A stretch of DNA of 64,000 nt from Polyangiaceae bacterium (GCA_044376115.1 JBILLK010000010.1:64001-128000); one strand, 5' to 3'. Numbered from the stretch's first letter, positions 29,650 to 40,143 are shown. The notes: generated by a model from the sequence alone, not told the origin. Numbers and translations are program-made.

Positions 29650-30627
29650 TCAGGAGTTCGTGGGCGTCGGCGTGCTGGGCAGTGGCGTCGAGTCGACCTC
29701 TTGTGGCTCCCTAGGAGGCAAGGTCTGATCGTCCGTTGGACTCGACTCGAAGGCCACATCCTTGGCTTCTGCTGCCCCGCGAATCACGACGACTGGACGG
29801 TGCGATGAAGGAGCGTCCTCCGACACTTCAATGCGAATGGCGAGGGCGGTGATGTTGTCTTCTCCACCCAAGTCGTTGGCTCGCTCGACCAGGCGGGTGC
29901 AAAGCTCCTCCAACTGAGCCAAGCTCCGCTCCGGACCTGCATCCTCCGAGGGGAATGAAATGACCTCATCGAGAATGATCTCGTCGGCGAGCATGCCGGA
30001 GAGCCCGTCCGAGCAAAGCAAGTAGACGTCCCCCGGGTGACTCTCGTCGCTCGTGAGATCCACCACGACGTTGTCCTGCATGCCCAACGCGCGAGTGATG
30101 ACGTTCTTCGGCAGCTCGGCTCGCTCGGCGTCGGACAACTCAGGGAACGGCTCATTCGCCAAAGAATGATCGCGCGTTAGCTGCTCGATCTTGCCCCCGC
30201 GAATGCGATAGGCGCGGCTGTCACCAACGTGGCCCACGTACATGCGCTGGCGCTTCGACGAGAAGTGCGCCCCAACTACCGTCGTCCCCATACCGGCGAG
30301 CGAGCGCATCGACTGGCTCTGCTCGAAGATGCGACGGTTCGCGATACCGATGCTAGTGACCAGCCGATTCTCCTCATCGGAGAGCGATCGATCAAACTGC
30401 GAAGGCCATGTGACGTCCTCGCTCGAGAGCGTGCGGAAGAAATCAGCGATGGTGCTCGTTGCAAGTCGACTAGCGACATCCCCCGCCGAGTGACCGCCCA
30501 TCCCATCCGCCACCACGAACAGACCGTGGTCCAGATCGATGGCGTAGCTGTCTTCGTTGTGTTCACGTTGGCGGCCGACATCCGTCATTCCGGCAGCAAA
30601 CGCTCGCACCGAGATCGCGCGACGCAT
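29650..30627 (-). CDS. PP2C-family Ser/Thr phosphatase (Stp1-like)
   Basis: REHNED, VADGMGGH, GMGTT, HVGDSRAY, LTRDHS, LCSDGL and GGEDNIT. Confidence 0.95.
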   Translation of the reverse strand: MRRAISVRAFAAGMTDVGRQREHNEDSYAIDLDHGLFVVADGMGGHSAGDVASRLATSTIADFFRTLSSEDVTWPSQFDRSLSDEENRLVTSIGIANRRIFEQSQSMRSLAGMGTTVVGAHFSSKRQRMYVGHVGDSRAYRIRGGKIEQLTRDHSLANEPFPELSDAERAELPKNVITRALGMQDNVVVDLTSDESHPGDVYLLCSDGLSGMLADEIILDEVISFPSEDAGPERSLAQLEELCTRLVERANDLGGEDNITALAIRIEVSEDAPSSHRPVVVIRGAAEAKDVAFESSPTDDQTLPPREPQEVDSTPLPSTPTPTNS

Positions 30628-30734
30628 GCGATCGACGGTCCCACTATGTAGCTCTTCTGTCAAGGCGACCTTTCGGTGACGCAACTGCGCCCTTGGAAGC
30701 AAAATTCTTGCCGCGATAGACACTGACCGAAAGG

Positions 30735-31292
30735 TTAGACTTCCATCACGTCTTTTTCTTTACCCGCGATCACCGTTTCAACGGCTTTCACGAGTTCGGC
30801 GGTCGTGTCCTCAATCTTTTTCCGCCCGCGCTCGGCATCATCCCCGGGAACGTCGCCGTCTTTCTCGAGCTGGTCGATCATTTCCATCGCATCTCGGCGA
30901 TGCTTTCGGATGGCGACTTTGCACTCTTCGCCGTTCTTCTTGATCACCTTGACCATCTCTTTACGACGGTCTTCGGTGAGCGCAGGAATCGGTATGCGGA
31001 TGAGATCCCCATCGACCTGGGGATTGAGACCGAGGTCCCCCTCACGAATCGCCTTGTCGATCGCCTTGACCTGACCCTTGTCCCACGGTTTGACCGTAAT
31101 GAGCCGCGGCTCCGGCACGTTCACCGTAGCCATCTGCGCCAACGGGGTCGTCGTGCCGTAGTAGTCCACGCGAACGCCGTCCAACATCGACGGGTGCGCC
31201 CTTCCAGTTCGAACTTTGGCGAGGTCGCGACGCAACGCCTCCATGGCTTTGTCGGCTGAGCTTCGCAGGTCTGAAAACACGTCATCGAGCAT
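30735..31292 (-). CDS. frr: Ribosome recycling factor
   Basis: VRTGRAHP, VDYYG, LGLNPQVDG and PALTEDRRKE; 185 aa. Confidence 0.97.
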   Translation of the reverse strand: MLDDVFSDLRSSADKAMEALRRDLAKVRTGRAHPSMLDGVRVDYYGTTTPLAQMATVNVPEPRLITVKPWDKGQVKAIDKAIREGDLGLNPQVDGDLIRIPIPALTEDRRKEMVKVIKKNGEECKVAIRKHRRDAMEMIDQLEKDGDVPGDDAERGRKKIEDTTAELVKAVETVIAGKEKDVMEV

Positions 31293-31369
31293 GGTCTTAA
31301 CCTCGGGCTGTGGGACCGCGCGGGAGCTTAACAGCACCTTTGGGTCGGAGCGAGGCTATCCTCTGCCGG

Positions 31370-32800
31370 ATGGAGGAGATCGATTACAAGAGCTTCACGG
31401 TCCTCGTGGTCGACGACGAGGAGGACAACCTCGACGCCTTCCGATTTTCTTTTCGAAAGACCTTCAACCTTTCTTACGCAAACGGTGGGGTTCAAGCGCT
31501 CGATCTGCTGGATCGGCTCGATGCAGCGGTGATCGTCAGCGACCAGCGAATGCCGAAGATGAACGGCATCGACTTCCTGCGAAAAGCCAAAGAGCGGCGG
31601 CCCGATGTTTTTGCGGTGCTGCTCACGGCCTACGCAGACCTTGCCGTGCTCGCTGAAGCGCTGAACTCCGGCTCGGTCGATCGTTACATCCAAAAGCCCT
31701 GGGATTCGAAGGAGCTGACCGCGATCATTCGGCAAGGCATTCGCAACTTCGCCACCTTGCGCGAGAACAAGCGCCTGCGAGAGCAACTTGCGCAGTACGC
31801 CGGGTATTTGGAACGCGAACAACGAGACCCAATCGACTACGGGGTGCTCGCCGGGGAAAGCGCCGCGATGCGACTCGTAGCCAAGCGCATGGAGCAGGTC
31901 GCTGATTCCTCAACGCCGGTGGTGATCGAGGCCGAGCCTGGCTCTGAGCAGGAGGTCGTCGCGCGGGCGCTACACGTTGGTTCGAGACGTGAGGAGCGCC
32001 CCTTTGTGCGAGTCACCTGCGCCGCGTTCCCAGGAGACACGCTCGAGCGGGAGCTGTTCGGGTACCGCAAAGGTTCCTTTCCGCAGGCGTTCGATGATCG
32101 TGCCGGGCGCGCCGAGCTCGCGGATACGGGCACGCTCTTTTTGGAAGCACCGGGTGTTCCCAGCGCGTCGCTGCAAGCACGACTACTGCGCCTGGTTGAG
32201 GAAGGCGTCGTTGAGCGCGTCGGTTCGACCGATTCGCAGCGAGTGGACGTTCGCCTCGTGCTTGCGGTCAACTCGGATCTAGCCTCCGCATGGCCGGAGG
32301 TGCTGCCGGCGCTGGTGTCAAAGCTGGACGTCTTCCCAATCAGGATTCCGCCACTGGCAGAGCGGCGAGAAGACATCGTCCCGCTCGCTCATCATTACTT
32401 GCGGAAGTACGGTCGACGTAACGCTCGGGCAGCCACGCAAATCAGCGCGAGTGCTGAGGCGATGTTGGCGCGAGCTGACTTCCCTGGGAACGCTCGGGAG
32501 CTCGAGAACGTGATTGAGCGCGCGGCGATCTTGGCGCGCGGCGATGAAATTCTGCCGGAGCACCTGGCGTTTCGCACAGCCCGCCCAAGCCCTACCGTGG
32601 CGCGTTCTGATCCTCCCAAGCTGGCGCCCGAGGATGCGACCAACCAAGCCCTGCCCGCACGACTCGAGGAAGTGGAGCGGCGAGAATTATTGGGGGCGCT
32701 CGAAAAATGTGCCGGGAACAAGGCGGAAGTTGCGCGTTTGCTGGGCATTCAACGCACCACGCTGTACTACCGGCTCAAGCGACTCGGCATCGAAGGCTAG
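31370..32800 (+). CDS. NtrC-like response regulator with degenerate AAA+ domain
   Basis: Receiver domain (VDDE, SDQRMP, KPW), sigma54-activator-like core (ELFG, PGNARELEN) and Fis HTH; Walker A, Walker B and GAFTGA are altered. Confidence 0.88.
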   Translation: MEEIDYKSFTVLVVDDEEDNLDAFRFSFRKTFNLSYANGGVQALDLLDRLDAAVIVSDQRMPKMNGIDFLRKAKERRPDVFAVLLTAYADLAVLAEALNSGSVDRYIQKPWDSKELTAIIRQGIRNFATLRENKRLREQLAQYAGYLEREQRDPIDYGVLAGESAAMRLVAKRMEQVADSSTPVVIEAEPGSEQEVVARALHVGSRREERPFVRVTCAAFPGDTLERELFGYRKGSFPQAFDDRAGRAELADTGTLFLEAPGVPSASLQARLLRLVEEGVVERVGSTDSQRVDVRLVLAVNSDLASAWPEVLPALVSKLDVFPIRIPPLAERREDIVPLAHHYLRKYGRRNARAATQISASAEAMLARADFPGNARELENVIERAAILARGDEILPEHLAFRTARPSPTVARSDPPKLAPEDATNQALPARLEEVERRELLGALEKCAGNKAEVARLLGIQRTTLYYRLKRLGIEG

Positions 32801-32938
32801 CTTGAGGAGGCGTCGAGCTAGGCTGGCTCGCAGCTCCTCGACACACCGGGAAACGGGCCACTTTCCGTTGTGAGTCGGCAGGAGGCAAGAAACTCGCTCC
32901 CGAGTCCTGGCGCGACTAGTCTCTCGCCAGAGGCGAAG

Positions 32939-33976
32939 ATGCGGTTCTGGCCCTTTGGCAAAGACGAGGAAGCTCCTGCGGAGATTGAGTACGTCTCGCG
33001 CGTCGTAGCGGCGAAGGCAAAGGATGGCGCGGTAGTGCGGGCCAAGCTGCACTTGGTGTTCGAGTCTCCCGTTCCAGAGCAGCACGCTGAGCGCATCGTC
33101 GAGGCGGCACAAACGAATCTTCGGTTGCACTTTGAAGCCTCGGCGAGTGCCGACCTCTTGGGTGAAGAAGCAAGAGCAGGTGCGATCGTGATCGGAGCGC
33201 TGGGGGCGTCGGAGCGGGTTCGCAGCGCCGACGTCGTGGCGATTCACGTGGTTGGAGGTAGTGAGCCGCCGCGCCGAGCGAGGATGCCTTCGGCACCGTT
33301 TCTCGCCCCAGCCGGCGCTGGACCACAAACTCGCCGCCCGAGCTCCACGCAAATGCTGGCCGTTCGCGACTCACGGTTGATACCAGCTGGAGTCACAGCA
33401 GAGGGAGCTGGGCTCGCCCTCGTTCCGCTGTTCAAAGACGCCGCAATACGCATGCTGGTTGGCGTATTGCGCATGTACGATCTCATCATCGTGCGCGGAG
33501 TATCAGCGGCTGGCGGAGAGAACGACCTGGCAGAGGTTGTTCCCGTTTCCAGTGTTGCACCTGGTCTTTTCGAGTTCGAGAGGCGACCGGAACTTAGTCG
33601 CTGGGAGGACGTGCTTGGTACCAATCCCCTCGCGGCTCTGCGCGCCGAAGCGCAAGCCCTGGTTTGCTTCTGTCTTTGGCACGGGCTGCAAGAAACCGAG
33701 GTTGAAAAAGCCCTGGGACAAGCGGTGCTTGAGTCGGCGGCGCGGGCTGCCTTTCCTCAGAGTGACGCGCTGGATTTGTCTGCAGCCTATCAAGCCGGCC
33801 GAGAAGCGCCGGCGGGCCTGCTAGCAGTACGCGCACTCGTCGTGCTCTCACCGAGCAAGACAGACCTTCCGGCCGAAGAGTTCCAAGCGGCGCTCAGCTC
33901 GCTCTTAGCAACGATCCAAGCCGACTTCACCTTCGCCGCCGAGCAAGTGAAGATCGGCCGCATAAGGCTTGGCTAG
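32939..33976 (+). CDS. Hypothetical protein; start may be 32870
   Basis: Long ORF filling the gap between neighbouring genes; no recognised motif. Confidence 0.6.
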   Translation: MRFWPFGKDEEAPAEIEYVSRVVAAKAKDGAVVRAKLHLVFESPVPEQHAERIVEAAQTNLRLHFEASASADLLGEEARAGAIVIGALGASERVRSADVVAIHVVGGSEPPRRARMPSAPFLAPAGAGPQTRRPSSTQMLAVRDSRLIPAGVTAEGAGLALVPLFKDAAIRMLVGVLRMYDLIIVRGVSAAGGENDLAEVVPVSSVAPGLFEFERRPELSRWEDVLGTNPLAALRAEAQALVCFCLWHGLQETEVEKALGQAVLESAARAAFPQSDALDLSAAYQAGREAPAGLLAVRALVVLSPSKTDLPAEEFQAALSSLLATIQADFTFAAEQVKIGRIRLG

Positions 33977-33977
33977 C

Positions 33978-35198
33978 TCACAGCGCGAGTACGTGCTCGA
34001 GCGTCAGAACAACCTGGTCCGCCTCGTCGACGGCGTTGGGCCAGTGCGGCGAGAAGCGCAGTACACCGTCGGGAACGGCGCAGGCCACCCCTTGCGCGAC
34101 AATGCCACGGTAGAGCGCCCGCACGTCTTTGCCCAACGGCGGCAACAGACACAGCGAACCGCTCCGTGACGAGGGCTGGCTCGCGCGGAGTGAGCGATAT
34201 CCCAGTTCGAGTGCTCGCTCCTCGATCGCATCGTGAACGAGCTGCACGTGGGCGAAGATGCTCTCAACGCCCAAATGCTGCAGCGCCGAGAGGCCCGCCT
34301 CCAAAGCGGCGAAGGAGATCGTGCTGACGTTGCCGACCTCCAAGAAGGACAGTTCATCGCGAACCGGCTTGTCGTAGCGCAGGAAACCGGGGCCCTCGAA
34401 CAGGAAGTCCACCGGCTCTTCGTGGCTCAACCAACCAGCGAGCGAGCGACCGAGGTGGGCAAATGCGGCCGCCGAAGCGTACAGGAACCCCGCCCCCTCG
34501 GTGCCCATCAACCACTTGTGTGAACCGCTCGCGAGGAAGTCGATCCGAGCGCTGCGAACATCCAAGGGGACGACTCCGCATGCCTGCACGGCGTCAACGA
34601 AGAGCAGCGCGCCATGCTGGTGACAGAGCGAGGCCATTTCAGCGAGCGGCATGCGAAAGCCCGTCTGAAACTGTACTGCGCTCACTGCAACGAGCCGCAC
34701 GCCACCGCGCTCTAGCACTACGCGCAGCTGGTGCAGCGCGGCTTCCTGATCCTGCAGGTAGAGGCGACCATCGAGCATGGTGAGCGCGAGCGAGTGCTTT
34801 TGTGCGGCCATCTGCCAGGGCGTCACGTTCGCCGGAAATTCTCCGTCGAAGACGATCACCCCATCTCCAGCCTTCCACTCGAGCAACTGCGCGACGGCGA
34901 TCACTCCGTTCGTCGTGTTCGACATCAGCGCGAGTTCACTTGCGTCTGCACCGATCAAGCGCGCTAGCGATTGCTTGAGCCGCTGCCGCTGATCGATCCA
35001 ATGAGGAAAGGCACCAGCCCCGAGCTTCGCGTAGTCGAGCAAGGCCGTGTTGACGGCCTTCTTGACGAGGATGCTCGGCGGAGAAATCCCCGCGTGGTTC
35101 ATGTAGACGAGCGGCTCGAGGCCCGAGAACAGGTCGCGATTACCAAGCACCGGACGCAACTCCGGCACGTTCGGGAACAGCGCCGGGGCTGAGCTCAT
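33978..35198 (-). CDS. PLP-dependent aminotransferase class V (cysteine desulfurase-like)
   Basis: YMNHAG, NTTNG, EFPAN, VDAVQ, GSHKWL.G..GAG and RFSPH; ATGA overlap with prfC. Confidence 0.88.
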   Translation of the reverse strand: MSSAPALFPNVPELRPVLGNRDLFSGLEPLVYMNHAGISPPSILVKKAVNTALLDYAKLGAGAFPHWIDQRQRLKQSLARLIGADASELALMSNTTNGVIAVAQLLEWKAGDGVIVFDGEFPANVTPWQMAAQKHSLALTMLDGRLYLQDQEAALHQLRVVLERGGVRLVAVSAVQFQTGFRMPLAEMASLCHQHGALLFVDAVQACGVVPLDVRSARIDFLASGSHKWLMGTEGAGFLYASAAAFAHLGRSLAGWLSHEEPVDFLFEGPGFLRYDKPVRDELSFLEVGNVSTISFAALEAGLSALQHLGVESIFAHVQLVHDAIEERALELGYRSLRASQPSSRSGSLCLLPPLGKDVRALYRGIVAQGVACAVPDGVLRFSPHWPNAVDEADQVVLTLEHVLAL

Positions 35199-36802
35199 TC
35201 GACCTTGGGGGCGCTCGAGCCCAGTTCTACGAAGCGCGAGTTCGGAAACGCCTTTGCACAGGTTTCGAGCTGCCACTCACCCTTGAAAAGCACCACCGGA
35301 GCACCGTGAATATCGCGCGCGCCGTAGCCAAACAGCAGTGACTCCAGGCGTGACAGCGGAACTTCTTCGCCTTCGACCCAGCGAGCGAGTTGGAAGCTCA
35401 TCCGCTCCATGCGGCAATCCACGCCGTACTCCGCCTGCAAACGATGCTTTACGACATCGAATTGCAGCTCTCCGACCGCGCCCACAATCGACTCGCCTTC
35501 ACGACCCTCCGGTGGACGGAACAGCTGAATCGACCCTTCTTGAGCAAGCTGGTCCAAACCCTTCTTCAGCTGCTTGCGCTTCATCGGGTCGAGCATGACG
35601 ACCCGCCCGAAATGCTCCGGCGGGAACTGAGGAAGCGCGTCATAGTTGAAGGCGCCGCCGTCGGTCAGCGTGTCTCCGATGAGGAAGATGCCTGGATCGA
35701 ACACGCCAATGATGTCGCCGGCAAAGCCGTCGTCCACCACACTGCGATCTTGCGCCAAAAATTGGGTGGGGTTCGAGAGGCGAATCTCCCGGCCGAGTCG
35801 GACGTGCGACAGCTTCATCCCGCGCTCGTACTTGCCGGAGCAAACGCGCAGAAACGCCATACGATCCCGGTGTGCGCGATCCATGTTTGCCTGGATCTTG
35901 AATACGAACGCAGAGAAACGTGTGTCATCAGGAGGGATGTCGCCCTTGTCACTATGCCGAGGCGCGGGCAAAGGCATCATCGATACGAAGGCGTCGAGGA
36001 ACTGAGGCAGGCCGAAGTTGGTAAGCGCGCTGCCGAAGAACATCGGCGTAACCTCGCCACGCGCTAAGCGCCCTTCATCGAGTGCATCGCCAGCCGCGTC
36101 CAGCAGCTCAAGTTCGGAAAGCAACGACTTGATGGTCGCCGGCTCCAGCTCGGCTAGTAACTGCTCATCCTCCAAGCGAAACACACGCTCCGGTGCCTTC
36201 TCGGCGCCATGCGCAACCTGGTCGAAAAGGAAGACACGCTTTTCGATCCGGTGATAGACGCCCCGAAACTTACCGCTCTCGATGATCGGCCAGGTCATTG
36301 GGTAGACACCGATCCCGAGCACGTCCTCCACCTCTCCGACGATGTCGAAAGGGTCTCGGCTTGGGCGATCCATCTTGTTGACGAAGGTGAAGATGGGCAT
36401 CTTCCGCATCTTGCAAACACGGAAGAGCTTGCGCGTCTGTGTTTCAACGCCCTTGGCTGAATCGAGCAACATGACGGCAGCATCCGTCGCGACGATGGCG
36501 CGGTAGGTGTCTTCGCTGAAGTCAGCGTGACCTGGAGTGTCGACCAGGTTGAGCAGCCGACCGTCGTAGGGGAACTGCAGCACGCTGGACACGATCGAAA
36601 TGCCGCGCTCACGCTCCATCTCCATCCAGTCGCTGACCGCGTGTGCGCGGGCCTTCTTGGCTTTCACGGCTCCAGCGAGCTGAATCGCACCTCCATAGAG
36701 CAACAGCTTCTCAGTGAGAGTGGTCTTGCCCGCGTCGGGGTGGGAGATGATCGCGAAGGTCTTGCGCTTCAACGCTTCGCGACGAATGTCGGGGCTCTGC
36801 AT
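35195..36802 (-). CDS. prfC: Peptide chain release factor 3
   Basis: TFAIISHPDAGKTTLTEK, SDWMEMERERGIS, DTPGH and FKIQANMD..HRDR. Confidence 0.97.
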   Translation of the reverse strand: MQSPDIRREALKRKTFAIISHPDAGKTTLTEKLLLYGGAIQLAGAVKAKKARAHAVSDWMEMERERGISIVSSVLQFPYDGRLLNLVDTPGHADFSEDTYRAIVATDAAVMLLDSAKGVETQTRKLFRVCKMRKMPIFTFVNKMDRPSRDPFDIVGEVEDVLGIGVYPMTWPIIESGKFRGVYHRIEKRVFLFDQVAHGAEKAPERVFRLEDEQLLAELEPATIKSLLSELELLDAAGDALDEGRLARGEVTPMFFGSALTNFGLPQFLDAFVSMMPLPAPRHSDKGDIPPDDTRFSAFVFKIQANMDRAHRDRMAFLRVCSGKYERGMKLSHVRLGREIRLSNPTQFLAQDRSVVDDGFAGDIIGVFDPGIFLIGDTLTDGGAFNYDALPQFPPEHFGRVVMLDPMKRKQLKKGLDQLAQEGSIQLFRPPEGREGESIVGAVGELQFDVVKHRLQAEYGVDCRMERMSFQLARWVEGEEVPLSRLESLLFGYGARDIHGAPVVLFKGEWQLETCAKAFPNSRFVELGSSAPKVE

Positions 36803-36845
36803 AATGGCTCGAAAGGCGCGCGACACTAGCACGCTCGCACAAAGA

Positions 36846-36879
36846 GAGAAAAGGCGAGCCGCAAGGCCCGCCTTTTCTC
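36846..36879. terminator. Intrinsic terminator downstream of pilQ, possibly bidirectional
   Basis: gagaaaaggcg-agcc-gcaa-ggcc-cgccttttctc inverted repeat with A and T tracts. Confidence 0.75.
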
Positions 36880-36897
36880 AAGACCGCTCCCGGGGAC

Positions 36898-39309
36898 TTA
36901 TCGGCCCAAGGACTCGGCGCGATTGACGATCCGGGGCGTGATGAAGATCACGAGCTCGGAACGTTGGTCGCTCGTTTGGCGCTTCTGGAACAGCACTCCA
37001 AGAATCGGGATGTCCCCCAGCACCGGAACCTGCGAGAGGCTCCGCGATGCGTTGCGCGTGTAGATACCGCCGATGACTGCCGTGTGACCATCTTGCACCA
37101 ACAGCTCGGTCTCTACGTCGCGCTTGAGGATGGTCGGGTCACCGCGAGCACCACGATTACCGAAGTCGGGCTCGTCTCGATTGATCTTCACTTCAAGCGA
37201 AACGCTGCCGTCTGCGGTCACGTGCGGCTTCACGAGCAGCTGCAGTTTGGCCTCTTGGAAGACCGTCTGCACGCCCTGAGCACTAACCTGGGAAAACGGA
37301 ATCAACGTGCCCTGGGAGATACGCGCCTGCTTGTTGTCCAAGGTGAGCACGCGGGGGCTGGACACGATGCGCACCATACCGCTGGATTCGGCGGCAGATA
37401 GCCTCACGCTCAAGTTGAATAGGTTGTTGATTGAGCCAAAGGTGAACCCGAGCGCACCACCGGTGCCGGCGCCCGTGGCGGCCGGGAGGTTGACTGCGAA
37501 GTTGGGACTGCTGACTGAGTTCTCGGTAGGCGAAAGCCCGTCCGTAGGAGCCGCCGCGTCATCTGCAGCACCAAAGATGCCGACCGAGTTGGGAAAAGCG
37601 AGGCCGGTGTCCACACCAGTCGACTGACCAAGGAAGGAACCACCACCCCACTGAATGCCGAGCTCGCGATTGAATCGACTCGAGGCTTCAACGATGCGAG
37701 CCTCGATCAAGACCTGCGGGGTTTGCGTATCCAACGCGCGAACCAGCTCCTCGATTTGGTTGAGGTTGCCCGTAACGTCTCTTGCGATGATGACGTTGGT
37801 TCGCTCGTCCACCGACAAGGTACCGCGCGGGGAGAGCAACTCGCCTCCACGTGCGACCATGTCGCCGGCTTCAGCGTAGCTGACTGGAATCAAGCGGGTC
37901 TCGAGCGGTGCAAGCTGGAATTCGCTCTGACGTCGGGCGAGCGCGAGTTCCCGCTCCTTGTTCAGCTCGGCCAACAGCGCAACACGAACCAAGTTGCCTT
38001 TGCGAACCATGCCGAGGCCTTTGGCCTGAAGCACCGTCTCGAGAGCTTGGTCCCACGGCACGTTACGCATGCGAATGGTGACGGAGCCGGAGACGTTGTC
38101 CGCCGTGATCACGTTGATGCGGCCGACGTCGGCGAGCAGCCGAAGTACGTCGTGAATGTCGGCGTCTTTGAGATCCAGGTCTAGCCGCCTGCCGCCGCTC
38201 GCTGCCTTGGTCGGATCGGTGTTGTTCTGCACCTGCCCAGCCATGCCAGGTAGAAAGGCGTCGGCCTGGTCCGGTTCAACCTCGGAGACGTCCCCGATGC
38301 TAGTCTCGACGGTCGGAAGCTCGTAGGCGGCTTCACGCGCCACTGTCTTGGTCTTCCGAGCGACGCCGCCGTCCTGCCCCTTGCCGCTCTCGCTCGACTC
38401 AAAGCCGTTCTTAGCGATGGTGCAAACGAGCTGATTCCCCTCGCGCGACAGTTGGTGAGCCGCCCCGGGTAGACGATCGATTTCGATTATGACCTTGCCG
38501 GGATTTGCCTTGTCACGGAATGACGAAACAGATGTGACAGCGCCACCGAAGGCCGAAACATCGAGCGTACGTTCAAGCGACTTGGGAAGGCGAGCATCGA
38601 CCTGGATGCGCAACTTCCCCTTGCTTGAGCTCTCGACAAACTTGGCGTCCTTGTCGATCTCGATCACGACCCGATCGCGTTCGGATGCGAAGCTATAGCG
38701 CACGTCACGAATTGATGCCGCGCCCTTGCTTTCCGCCTTGGCGGGTTCGGCAGACGGCTTCACCTCGTTGGCGAGGGGCCCCGTCTTGTCAGCGGAGAGC
38801 AACTCCACGACGAGCCCGTCTTCTTCACGACGGATCGAGTAGGAGGCGTTGTGAGCCAACTGGATCAGCACGCGAGTAACCGCTGGATCCGAGAAGGATT
38901 GCGTCATCACGCCAGAGACCACAGCGTTACCTTCGACGATCGCCGAGGGAGCACCGGACACGACGCTCTCAGGGAGGTCGAGAATGATGCGTTTTCCACC
39001 TTCAGCGACCCGAGCCGTGTACGTCGACGTTCCGCTCGTCTTGATGACGATGCGGGCGGCTCCGGCCTTAGGCGCGCTGAGAGCGATGTCAGTTACTTTC
39101 AGCGTCGCTTGTTGGGCAAACGCAGGTAGGGACAGGAACGTGGAGAGAACCCACACGCTCCATCCGACGACGAGTGTTCGAAACCGGGCTCGCCTTCTCA
39201 GGACCGCGCTCGCTCTTGCGAGAGCGCTCCCCGAAGCGCCCGTATTGGGGCTTCCTGGAGCGGCCGGCTCACTCGCACCGCCGGCCCAACTTTTGGTAGG
39301 GCTTTTCAT
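36898..39309 (-). CDS. pilQ: Type IV pilus secretin with AMIN domains
   Basis: LDLKDADI, VPWDQAL, VDERTN, QVLIEARIVE, LGIQWG, VPVLGDIPILG and ELVIFITPRI. Confidence 0.95.
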   Translation of the reverse strand: MKSPTKSWAGGASEPAAPGSPNTGASGSALARASAVLRRRARFRTLVVGWSVWVLSTFLSLPAFAQQATLKVTDIALSAPKAGAARIVIKTSGTSTYTARVAEGGKRIILDLPESVVSGAPSAIVEGNAVVSGVMTQSFSDPAVTRVLIQLAHNASYSIRREEDGLVVELLSADKTGPLANEVKPSAEPAKAESKGAASIRDVRYSFASERDRVVIEIDKDAKFVESSSKGKLRIQVDARLPKSLERTLDVSAFGGAVTSVSSFRDKANPGKVIIEIDRLPGAAHQLSREGNQLVCTIAKNGFESSESGKGQDGGVARKTKTVAREAAYELPTVETSIGDVSEVEPDQADAFLPGMAGQVQNNTDPTKAASGGRRLDLDLKDADIHDVLRLLADVGRINVITADNVSGSVTIRMRNVPWDQALETVLQAKGLGMVRKGNLVRVALLAELNKERELALARRQSEFQLAPLETRLIPVSYAEAGDMVARGGELLSPRGTLSVDERTNVIIARDVTGNLNQIEELVRALDTQTPQVLIEARIVEASSRFNRELGIQWGGGSFLGQSTGVDTGLAFPNSVGIFGAADDAAAPTDGLSPTENSVSSPNFAVNLPAATGAGTGGALGFTFGSINNLFNLSVRLSAAESSGMVRIVSSPRVLTLDNKQARISQGTLIPFSQVSAQGVQTVFQEAKLQLLVKPHVTADGSVSLEVKINRDEPDFGNRGARGDPTILKRDVETELLVQDGHTAVIGGIYTRNASRSLSQVPVLGDIPILGVLFQKRQTSDQRSELVIFITPRIVNRAESLGR

Positions 39310-39396
39310 TGCCAGTCGATGCTAGGACCGCAAGTCGTTTCGGGCCCAATTTTCGGTGCCGATCGTCGCGTCGTAAACGCACGCGACAAACGCGCA

Positions 39397-39440
39397 CAGA
39401 ACGAAGCAAGCCGCCCAAAGGGGCGGCTGACTTCGTTCTG
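39397..39440. other. Strong stem-loop between pilP and pilQ
   Basis: cagaacgaag-ca-agccgccc-aaag-gggcggct-ga-cttcgttctg: 10 bp plus 8 bp stems. Confidence 0.7.
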
Positions 39441-39453
39441 CCGTTCGTAAAGC

Positions 39454-40143
39454 TCAGCCTTTTGAGGCGCCAGCACTCGAAGCGGGCGGCGCTTCGTCGG
39501 GGCGTGTGCCACGAATGCCCGTCCGAATCTCCTGCTTCAGCTCCTCCGGACTACGCATCGAGATCACGCGCGTTGTCGCAGGGGTCGACGGGTCTGGACT
39601 CTCACGAATAAAGACAACGTCATTTTGCCGAATGCGGTCCAGGCGCCAGTGCACAGGAACCGTCGTTCCCTGCCCGCCTCGTACGCCCTCCTCGCGACCC
39701 ACAAAGTCCCCAACTCGCAAGACCCAACCTAGTCCCGTTGGATCCTGAACCAGAACTCGAGCGACGGTGCCGGTCACGATGCCGACAATCTTCAGCTCCT
39801 CGAGGGCGTACTTTCCGACCAAGACCTCTTGCTTGTCGCTGGAGGTCTCCGAAGGAAGGGGCGCGTCGATTTGTTCGGTGAAGTTCTTGAAGGGGTCGCG
39901 ATTCGCCGGGGATTCCTGAAAGTCGCGCTCCGCGAAGTCTGCGACCGGAAGAGGCGGTAAGTCAGAAGGCCCAGCAGCAGCGCTCTTCGCCGCCTGGGGA
40001 TCTGCACCAGCCTCAGCGCCGGGTTGCGCGGGTGCAGAAGGAGGGGCCGGAGGCGCCTCGTCCTCGCAGGCAATCACGCCGAAAGGGAGAGCAAGCAGAA
40101 TTGCGAGCGCGAAGCGTTTCCACCGAAGGTTGAGTTGTTTCAT
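39454..40143 (-). CDS. pilP: Type IV pilus lipoprotein PilP
   Basis: Lipobox VIAC, RDPF and YALEELKIVGIV..VLVQDPTG; operon position. Confidence 0.9.
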   Translation of the reverse strand: MKQLNLRWKRFALAILLALPFGVIACEDEAPPAPPSAPAQPGAEAGADPQAAKSAAAGPSDLPPLPVADFAERDFQESPANRDPFKNFTEQIDAPLPSETSSDKQEVLVGKYALEELKIVGIVTGTVARVLVQDPTGLGWVLRVGDFVGREEGVRGGQGTTVPVHWRLDRIRQNDVVFIRESPDPSTPATTRVISMRSPEELKQEIRTGIRGTRPDEAPPASSAGASKG

